In this document: piece after piece, positions 1-5,776 of the stretch
Numbering within the stretch: position 1 is the stretch's first letter
How the letters are laid out: every line of letters begins with the position of its first letter
From: Candidatus Nitrosoabyssus spongiisocia
GTDB lineage: Archaea > Thermoproteota > Nitrososphaeria > Nitrososphaerales > Nitrosopumilaceae
Assembly: GCA_033471095.1 (NCBI GenBank)
Contig: CP136752.1
Location: forward strand, 1,236,587 to 1,243,563
Reading direction: 5' to 3'
DNA length: 6,977 nt
Made by a program: the position numbers and the translations under genes
Notes under the pieces: model-generated
Databases searched by the model: none
Seen by the model: only the letters and a program-made list of their open reading frames with translations
Told to the model about the DNA's origin: nothing

Positions 1-1310
1 TCATCAGTGTATAGACCATGCAAATTTTGCATTGGATGCTCTATACTGTTTTTGCCCATTGGGGGGATAGAATCACTAGGATTACCCAACAACTCTGCAT
101 AAGATGCAGCGTTGGTTCCTAGTTGCTCATTTAATCCAAATGGATCACCGGCAACAATAATTGTTGCAGCTCCTGAAAAGATTGCGGCATAATCGTGATT
201 GACAGCTGCATAAACACCTGGTTCATCAAATACTATGTCGGCGATCATGTTTTGTGATCCTCCTAGTAGCCATGTTTCAGTGCCTTGTGCTTGAACTCGA
301 TTGCCTTGTACAACTCTATCGATGATTTCACCTACAACGTGCCAAAATACTGGCTCATTACCTTGGTTCTCTATGAAGAATCTTACGTGTTGGCCAGTTT
401 CAACAAATAGTAATTGTGATTGATACTGTGCCAAGTCTGCAGAGTTCCATGGTTGCAAAACAAAGATGTTGTCATTTGGATCACCTTTGATTAATTCATT
501 GTGTCCTTCATTTGGTACATAGCCTAGTGCCATACCATTAACAACAGTTTGTGTTTGTTGATGTTTCATCATAGATGCCATGTCATAGTATCCGTCTTCA
601 GTTATGTATAGTTGATTATATTGGAGTACAAATTCAAGTGCATCTGGAGTGTATATAGTACGTTTAATTATAACTTCTCCATCACTAATTGCGGTTTTAG
701 CAACTGCTAGTTTTTTGTAACCGTTCAATGGGTCTACAATGACAACACCATACATGCCAGATAAGACATGTTGATCCATTGCTGCTACATCAACACCTGA
801 ACAGTGATATTTGAATGCCCCTGAAACCTCTGCGATGTAACAGTAAGTTCTGGATTCTCCTGGTGAGACTGAACCGAAGTTACTAGCAGACATTTGAGAC
901 GTGTGCATATCATTTCCGTGTGGAGTAGGTTCGCCAGATGGTACTGTCAAAGTCATCATTATAACATCACCTTGTGTAACACGTAGAGTTGGACCTGGAA
1001 CTTGACCATTAAATGTCATGGCGTTATATGTGCCACCACCCATTATTGGTAGTTCTACACTTGTACCGACTAGATTAAATTCTACAACATTACGTCCATC
1101 CTCAATATCTGCACAATCTGTTGCGCCAAATGCTTCTGGTAATACCAGTCTTAATCCGTTCATCTCATGTACGGCCGAACCTATAGCTGTTGTGTCTATA
1201 GTGAAAGACTGACCAAACATTTGTGCCTGTGTGAATGTTCCACCTAGCAGAGTTGCACCAATTATTGTTACTGCAATAGCTGAAAAAATTATACTGTATC
1301 GTTTTATCAT
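1..1310 (-). CDS. nirK: Copper-containing nitrite reductase-like two-domain multicopper oxidase (NirK family), secreted. It is partial: the C-terminus runs off the left edge of the window.
   Basis: This gene is not in the ORF track because it has no in-window stop. Manual translation from the ATG at 1310..1308 stays open for 436 codons down to position 3. The N-terminus MIKRYSIIFSAIAVTIIGATLLGGTFTQAQ looks like a signal peptide. The copper-ligand motifs match NirK. PHGNDMH (903..920) corresponds to NirK HNIDFH (T1 His, catalytic Asp, T2 His). YHCSGVDVAAMDQHVLSGMYG (~750..809) corresponds to YHCAPxGMVPWHVxSGMNG (T2 His, T1 Cys/His/Met). AVNHDYAAIFSGA (His codon 195..197) corresponds to NHNLIEAFELGA (domain-2 T2 His). 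Confidence 0.85.
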   Translation of the reverse strand, partial: MIKRYSIIFSAIAVTIIGATLLGGTFTQAQMFGQSFTIDTTAIGSAVHEMNGLRLVLPEAFGATDCADIEDGRNVVEFNLVGTSVELPIMGGGTYNAMTFNGQVPGPTLRVTQGDVIMMTLTVPSGEPTPHGNDMHTSQMSASNFGSVSPGESRTYCYIAEVSGAFKYHCSGVDVAAMDQHVLSGMYGVVIVDPLNGYKKLAVAKTAISDGEVIIKRTIYTPDALEFVLQYNQLYITEDGYYDMASMMKHQQTQTVVNGMALGYVPNEGHNELIKGDPNDNIFVLQPWNSADLAQYQSQLLFVETGQHVRFFIENQGNEPVFWHVVGEIIDRVVQGNRVQAQGTETWLLGGSQNMIADIVFDEPGVYAAVNHDYAAIFSGAATIIVAGDPFGLNEQLGTNAASYAELLGNPSDSIPPMGKNSIEHPMQNLHGLYTD

Positions 1311-1331
1311 TATCAGTTTTTGAGAAATTAT

Positions 1332-2258
1332 CTATATAATTGTTCTTACAGAAAGATCTAATTTTTCGGACAAGGTGTAGTCTGGTTCGTCCCAATCTAA
1401 TGTTTTATCCATGGGTATCATTCCTAGAGGGTCATATTCTTGAAATGACTTGTTTTCATTTATTTGAGTTAACATTACAGTACCGTACTGTTCAATTTCT
1501 GTAGTATTATGAGTCTCTAAATTACTTTGATTTGCCATACTTGTAATGTAATTTACCGACTCGTATATGCAGCGTGGAGCTTTGGGTGTGTCATAAAGGT
1601 GCAAAATTGGAGGTTTATTATTTTTTTCAGACCCGTACAATTCATCTAAAGATTTTTGAAGAACGTCTTCTGTAAATTGTTCTTCTTTTACAGCTATGCC
1701 TGTATCAATATTTTGTAGAGATTTTATTACATGTAGAATTATATCATTACCTAATTTGTAACATTGTGGTATGTCTAATAGAGGGTTACAAGTTTTAATT
1801 GAGTTATTATCTAGTAGAACGGTACATGTGGAATCTTGTCGTATTCGTTTAAACGCAACACCTGCATCAAAAATCTTGGTATTTTCAAATTTAAATGGCA
1901 TGATTCCGAATGTTATTAGTGATTTTCCTAGTTTATTTGCTATCCATGATACTGTTGGGGTAGATGCAGCTCCGAATGTGCTGGCCAAATTTCCAATCAA
2001 TATGATTCGAGAATAATGTGATAGTTGATTCTGGATAGATTCTATTATATCTGGCCTCATACAATTACCTCTTTTTGCCAAGACAGTTTTGCTTGACGTG
2101 TCGATTGGAATAATTATACTAGAGTGGTCAGGATGAATATTTGTAACAGTATCACTTAACAGAAGACAATCTGCATCCAGTGTGTCATTTGCAACTAGTG
2201 CTAATTTACAACCTACGTTGCCTATACCCACAATTATGGTAGAATCTATGCCACTCAA
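1332..2258 (-). CDS. Divergent FtsZ/tubulin-superfamily protein with degenerate GTP-binding motifs (thaumarchaeal FtsZ-like type). Function unknown.
   Basis: This is a 308-aa ORF with a TTG start at 2258..2256. By eye it is collinear with archaeal FtsZ. [13 protein letters not shown] matches KITVVGCGGAGNN (T1 loop). [43 protein letters not shown] matches [54 protein letters not shown] matches [29 protein letters not shown] matches AFKVADEVLINAVKGLVELI. The signature GGGTGTG is replaced by ASTFGAA (1965..1985). Confidence 0.7.
   Translation of the reverse strand: [308 protein letters not shown]
1333..1339 (-). promoter_or_regulatory. TATA-box candidate (TTATATA) for the NirK-like gene, overlapping the stop codon of the FtsZ-like gene.
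   Basis: The minus-strand sequence is ACA ATT ATA TAG ATA ATT TCT CAA AAA CTG ATA ATG. TTATATA spans -29..-23 relative to the A of the NirK ATG (1310). An archaeal TATA box centred about 26 nt upstream of the TSS therefore predicts a leaderless or near-leaderless mRNA. There is no SD-like sequence upstream of the ATG. Confidence 0.4.
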
Positions 2259-2279
2259 TGTGTAATAGTGTATTTTTTA

Positions 2280-2286
2280 TGTATAA
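2280..2286 (-). promoter_or_regulatory. TATA-box candidate (TTATACA followed by an A-run) for the FtsZ-like gene.
   Basis: The minus-strand sequence is CATTATACATAAAAAATACACTATTACACA-TTG. TTATACA spans -28..-22 relative to the TTG start at 2258. No SD-like sequence is present. Confidence 0.35.
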
Positions 2287-2300
2287 TGATGTAGTGTTGA

Positions 2301-2326
2301 ATAAAATAATGATATGATCTAAAACT
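2301..2326 (-). terminator. Oligo-T tracts immediately downstream of the mtaB stop codon. This is a possible archaeal intrinsic termination signal.
   Basis: The minus strand after the TAA reads TAGTTTTAGATCATATCATTATTTTAT, with two T4 runs. It is followed by a separate TATA-like element for the next gene. T-runs are common in AT-rich DNA, so the support is weak. Confidence 0.25.
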
Positions 2327-2327
2327 A

Positions 2328-3596
2328 TTAACAAACAATATTTCCGTATAATGCGTGTCTGGTACATTTGGTAATTTTTACTCTGTGCTGTTTTCCCAAT
2401 TTGGCACCTTTTTTTACATAGATTGACTTGTATGCAAAATTCCTTCCACGAACCCCCTCTGTGGACTCCTCTACAAATTGTACATCTTCAACTCTGTTCA
2501 ACCACTTACGATTACAATCCTCAGATATCTTGTTGATGATTTCTGTAATTTGTTTACTGCGTCTTTTTATCTCTTGAGAATCCAATTGGGTTAAATCATT
2601 GGCAAAAGTCCCCGGTCTATTGCTAAACTTTGATAGATTTACTATTTCTGGTTTTGTATTCTTTAACAAAGTGATGGTATCTTGTAAATATTCTCTACCC
2701 TCTGTTGGAAAACCAACTATAATATCTGTTGAAATTGTCATGTCTGTAAATTTTGAGCGGAATTTTTTTACAATATTTTCAAATGTGTTTCTTGTATGAC
2801 CTCTTTTCATGCCATGCAATACTTTATCACTACCGCTTTGTACTGGTATGTGTAAGAATTTGTATATGTGTGAGTCATCATATGCTTTTAACAACTCGTC
2901 ACTTATCTTTGCCATATACATAGGATTCATCATGCCAACACGTATTTTATAATCTCCTGGAATCTCTGTAATATTTTGAATTAATTCTGGCAATGTGGTA
3001 TTGATATCCAAACCATAACACCCATTATCTGTTGATGTAAGCCAAATCTCTTTGCATCCATCTGTGATATCTTGTTTGATTTGTCGTACGATATCCCCCA
3101 TTCGATAACTTTGCAGTTCTTCTTTGGCTAATTTGGTTTGACAAAATGTACATTCACTCATACATCCACTTGCAATTTCCACTATTCCAACTATTGGGTT
3201 CAGACGTATCTTCGGAATACCGACCTTACTGAAATGATCATGATTGAGGGATATTTTTTTCCTACCTTGTAGCGCAGAATTTACAACATCTAATGTACTT
3301 CCTAAAGAATTTGGGCCCAAAAGGCTTGCTTTTGGAACCAACTTTTGTACGGTGTTCGGCTCTGCCTTCGATAAGCATCCAGCTACAACTAGTGGTCTGC
3401 TCGATAGTGTTTTCATACGATGTATCATTTTACTTGCAGTTGCATCTTTTACAGAGCACGTAACTATCAAATTCAAATCTGCGTCTTTTGGATTTTGTGT
3501 TATTGTATGACCTCCATTAGTAATTAATCCAGATATAATCTCTGAATCTGCAAAACTTGCCGAACACCCATATGCCTCAATCCGAATATTTGCCAT
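2328..3596 (-). CDS. mtaB: Radical-SAM methylthiotransferase of the MiaB/RimO/MtaB family, archaeal type. It is probably the tRNA t6A37 methylthiotransferase (MtaB/CDKAL1-like).
   Basis: This is a 422-aa ORF with an ATG start. The N-terminal MTTase domain has three conserved Cys (YGC at aa 11, VTC at aa 47, AGC at aa 74). The radical-SAM motif CMSECTFC (Cx3Cx2C) lies at 3141..3164. A C-terminal TRAM-like domain is present (VEDVQFVEESTEGVRGRNFAYKSIYVK...RVKITKCTRHALYG). Confidence 0.85.
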   Translation of the reverse strand: MANIRIEAYGCSASFADSEIISGLITNGGHTITQNPKDADLNLIVTCSVKDATASKMIHRMKTLSSRPLVVAGCLSKAEPNTVQKLVPKASLLGPNSLGSTLDVVNSALQGRKKISLNHDHFSKVGIPKIRLNPIVGIVEIASGCMSECTFCQTKLAKEELQSYRMGDIVRQIKQDITDGCKEIWLTSTDNGCYGLDINTTLPELIQNITEIPGDYKIRVGMMNPMYMAKISDELLKAYDDSHIYKFLHIPVQSGSDKVLHGMKRGHTRNTFENIVKKFRSKFTDMTISTDIIVGFPTEGREYLQDTITLLKNTKPEIVNLSKFSNRPGTFANDLTQLDSQEIKRRSKQITEIINKISEDCNRKWLNRVEDVQFVEESTEGVRGRNFAYKSIYVKKGAKLGKQHRVKITKCTRHALYGNIVC

Positions 3597-3598
3597 AT

Positions 3599-4972
3599 CT
3601 ATCTGAATATTTTATCCACGTCTTTCTTATTCATTATTTTTTTCTCCAACACCAACTGTCGTATTGTTTTACCAGTTTTCAGTGATAATTTGAATAAATC
3701 TGATGCTGCGTTGTACCCTATTTGTGGTGCTAGCAGTGTTACAATTACAGGACTTTTCTCAATTTCTTCTCTCAATTTATTTTTGTTTGCACTCAAACCA
3801 TCAATGAGGTTTGTAGAAAATATTGGAACAAAGTTACTCAGCATATCTGCCGAGTCCAACATTGCACGTATCATTCCTGGCAACATCACATTCAATTCAA
3901 ACTGTCCTCCTTGAGCGGCATTGGCAACTATGACATCATTCCCAATTACACTAGAGCAGATCATATTCATACATTCGGCAAGTGATGGATTTACTTTACC
4001 TGGCATTATAGAAGAGCCTGCATGAACTGTGGGAATTTCAATCTCTGCTAATCCTGCGATTGGTCCAGATGCCATAAGACGAATATCATTTGATATTTTA
4101 GACAATTCAATTGCCAAATTTCTCAAGGCAGATGATGCGTTGGATATTGCAAACCTACTTTGTAATGCAAACTGCATATCTTTTTCTGGCTTTAATGATA
4201 GTTTTGATGCTCTGGCAAGTTCTGTTATTGCTATTTTCCTATATCCTTTGGGTGTATTTGCCCCATTTCCAACTGCAGTTCCGCCTAGTGCAACTAGGTT
4301 TAGTTGTTGTTTGGATTGCTCCAATACATTATTTGCTTTAGTAATTGCAGTTGCGTATGCTCTAAATTCGCTACCTAGTGTTACAGGCAGCGGATCCATC
4401 AAATGGGTTCGACCGATTTTTTTAAATGATGAAAATTCTTTAGATTTTCCAAGTAGTGAATTTATTAAGAGATTTATAGATTTAGTGGTTTTATTTAAAA
4501 CTAATAATGTAGAAATGTGCATTGCTGTTGGAAACGTATCGTTACTAGACTGCGACATATTCACATGATCATTTGGGTGCAAGTATTTGTAATCCCCTTT
4601 CTTTTTTCCAAGTATTCTCAAAGCGACATTTGCTACAACTTCGTTTGTATTCATGTTTAGTGCAGTTCCTGCTCCTGAATTTATCGCATCAACTACAAAC
4701 TGTTCTATATATTGTCCATCAAGAATTTTTTTACATGCAAGAACTATAGCATCGGCGCGCCTCTTGTCTAGTGTTTTTGATTTCAGATTGGCCTTTGCTG
4801 CAGACTGTTTTATCATGACAAATGCCCGAATTAGGTCTAAATGTGGTCTAGTACCTGTCACAAAATATTGTTTTATGGCCCTGCCTGTGAATGGTCCAAA
4901 ATATGCGTCGCTTGGAATTTTTACCTTGCCTAGTGAATCAGTATCTGTTCTGTATTTCATATACTTGTTCAT
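3599..4972 (-). CDS. Class II fumarate hydratase / aspartate ammonia-lyase family lyase. The residues lean towards fumarase, but the substrate cannot be settled from sequence alone.
   Basis: This is a 457-aa ORF. The family signature SS-loop GSSIMPGKVNP lies at 3986..4018. QSSNDTFPTAMHI and GRTHLMDPLPVTLGSEF are FumC-like. GAGTALNMNTNEV and KKGDYKYLHPNDHVN resemble AspA more closely. Its stop codon lies 2 nt from the mtaB start. Confidence 0.85.
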   Translation of the reverse strand: MNKYMKYRTDTDSLGKVKIPSDAYFGPFTGRAIKQYFVTGTRPHLDLIRAFVMIKQSAAKANLKSKTLDKRRADAIVLACKKILDGQYIEQFVVDAINSGAGTALNMNTNEVVANVALRILGKKKGDYKYLHPNDHVNMSQSSNDTFPTAMHISTLLVLNKTTKSINLLINSLLGKSKEFSSFKKIGRTHLMDPLPVTLGSEFRAYATAITKANNVLEQSKQQLNLVALGGTAVGNGANTPKGYRKIAITELARASKLSLKPEKDMQFALQSRFAISNASSALRNLAIELSKISNDIRLMASGPIAGLAEIEIPTVHAGSSIMPGKVNPSLAECMNMICSSVIGNDVIVANAAQGGQFELNVMLPGMIRAMLDSADMLSNFVPIFSTNLIDGLSANKNKLREEIEKSPVIVTLLAPQIGYNAASDLFKLSLKTGKTIRQLVLEKKIMNKKDVDKIFR

Positions 4973-4974
4973 TT

Positions 4975-4988
4975 TATCATATATGATA
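4975..4988. repeat. Perfect 14-bp palindrome TATCATATATGATA, 3-16 nt upstream of the fumarase-family start codon.
   Basis: Read directly from the sequence: the reverse complement of 4975..4988 equals itself. Confidence 0.9.
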
Positions 4989-5062
4989 TAATACTTTTGA
5001 AAATTATCTATTGTGTTTTAAATTTATTAGTATAAAAGAGGTTTAAAATATTTTTTTGAATT

Positions 5063-5083
5063 TTCAAGTATATTCTACTTGAA
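5063..5083. repeat. Perfect 8-bp inverted repeat with a 5-nt spacer (TTCAAGTA-tattc-TACTTGAA).
   Basis: Read directly: 5063..5070 pairs base-for-base with 5083..5076. It lies in the 207-bp gap between rpl31e and the fumarase-family gene. Confidence 0.9.
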
Positions 5084-5090
5084 TTATAAC

Positions 5091-5176
5091 ATGATGTTTG
5101 AATAGTATATACATCAAATGCTGAATTGAATGGATATTCTCAAAGGTGTAATGAATAATACACACCTAAACATCAT
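5091..5176. repeat. A 9-bp long-range inverted repeat (ATGATGTTT / AAACATCAT) enclosing a 6-bp hairpin (AGGTGT-12 nt-ACACCT at 5144..5167).
   Basis: Read directly: 5091..5099 pairs with 5176..5168, and 5144..5149 pairs with 5167..5162. The element ends 4 nt from the rpl31e stop codon (5180..5182). Confidence 0.85.
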
Positions 5177-5179
5177 ACA

Positions 5180-5773
5180 CTAGTCTGATTTTGTTGATTC
5201 TTGTTTTTTATCTGTGGATTTTGTACTTTGTGTTTGTTTAGTATTATCAGTTTTTGTGTTTGGTTTGGATTCAGTTTTATCTGTAGGTTTTGATGTCTCT
5301 TTAGATTCAGATGGCATGTCTTGTTTTTCTTTTGTCTCTTGTTTAGATTTTGGCGCTTTAACGTCTTTAGTTTCAATATTTGATTTAGATGTGGTAGAAT
5401 CTGCATCTGGTTCTGTTTTGATTACAGATGTATCTTTTACACTAGACACTGATGGCATGTCTTTTGGCTTGGAGTCTTTAGACACTTGTTTTACAGGTAC
5501 ACTATCATCTATGTTTTCATCATATTGTGATATTAGAATATAATCATCTTCTAATTTATTCATCTTTACTCTAATTTTTCGTGGTGGATGTCGAATTCCT
5601 CTTTCCCATATTTTATGAGATAGATCTTGGTCTATACGAATTTGTTCTGTTTTCATATGACGTACGGCAAATTCTCTTATCATATTTATTGCTCTTTTAG
5701 CTCGACGGTTATTTGGTGACAGTAATACTTTGCCTAGATTAATTGTGTAAATTCGTTCAATATTTTCAGACAT
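5180..5773 (-). CDS. rpl31e: Ribosomal protein eL31 (L31e) with a long low-complexity C-terminal extension.
   Basis: Residues 1-~88 (ERIYTINLGK...RRAKRAINMIREFAVRHMKTEQIRIDQDLSHKIWERGIRHPPRKIRVKM) match the L31e family pattern (ERVYTIPLR...RAKKAV..VREF..RHMK...V.ID..LN..IW.RGI..PP.RIRV). Residues ~89-197 (nt 5183..5509) are a K/S/T/D/E/P/Q-rich tail. The gene starts 3 nt after the eL39 stop. Confidence 0.9.
   Translation of the reverse strand: MSENIERIYTINLGKVLLSPNNRRAKRAINMIREFAVRHMKTEQIRIDQDLSHKIWERGIRHPPRKIRVKMNKLEDDYILISQYDENIDDSVPVKQVSKDSKPKDMPSVSSVKDTSVIKTEPDADSTTSKSNIETKDVKAPKSKQETKEKQDMPSESKETSKPTDKTESKPNTKTDNTKQTQSTKSTDKKQESTKSD
5310..5463. repeat. Exact 13-nt direct repeat GATGGCATGTCTT (5310..5322 and 5451..5463), 141 nt apart, inside the eL31 tail-coding region.
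   Basis: Read directly. Both copies are preceded by TAGA 4 nt upstream. On the coding strand they encode the repeated peptide DMPS (aa 105-108 and 152-155), exactly 47 codons apart. Confidence 0.9.
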
Positions 5774-5776
5774 TAT

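Noticed and set aside
1308-1334. The FtsZ-like gene and the NirK-like gene are in the same reading frame, separated by a TAG plus 7 codons. I considered stop-codon read-through, a pyrrolysine-type fusion, or a split pseudogene.
   Set aside because: The NirK-like protein begins with its own signal peptide, which must be N-terminal. The two proteins belong to unrelated complete families. A 1-in-3 frame coincidence is unremarkable.
1018-1395. ORFs 1018..1212 (plus strand) and 1165..1395 (minus strand, TTG start) near the NirK 5' end.
   Set aside because: The first is antisense to the NirK-like CDS. The second is out of frame and straddles the FtsZ-like/NirK junction. Neither has recognisable motifs. 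The NirK frame explains the region.
1771-3510. Plus-strand ORFs 1771..2016, 2599..2799 and 3244..3510.
   Set aside because: They are antisense shadows of the FtsZ-like and mtaB genes and show no family features.
4029-4568. A 179-aa plus-strand ORF, together with the neighbouring plus-strand ORFs at 3690..3914, 4111..4341 and 4653..4991.
   Set aside because: All are antisense to the well-supported fumarase/aspartase-family gene. Their translations are hydrophobic, low-information sequence with no recognisable motif. These are typical shadow ORFs.
5091-5124. A possible C/D-box sRNA: the C-box-like ATGATGT at 5091..5097 and CTGA at 5121..5124. The minus strand also has ATGATGT at 5176..5170.
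   Set aside because: The C-to-D spacing is 23 nt, not the roughly 12 nt expected. There is no convincing C'/D' pair, no terminal stem flanking the boxes, and no CTGA at all on the minus-strand version.
5130-5183. A 17-codon plus-strand mini-ORF (MDILKGVMNNTHLNIIH) in the intergenic region.
   Set aside because: It is too short and has no SD or promoter geometry. It overlaps the inverted-repeat structure and the rpl31e stop codon. There is nothing to separate it from chance.
5173-5543. ORFs 5173..5406 (minus strand, 77 aa, K/Q/N-rich) and 5214..5543 (plus strand, 109 aa, S/V/F/D-rich) overlapping the eL31 tail.
   Set aside because: They are by-products of the low-complexity A/C-rich tail-coding sequence, which lacks stops in several frames. 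The eL31 frame is contiguous with a strongly recognisable N-terminal domain.
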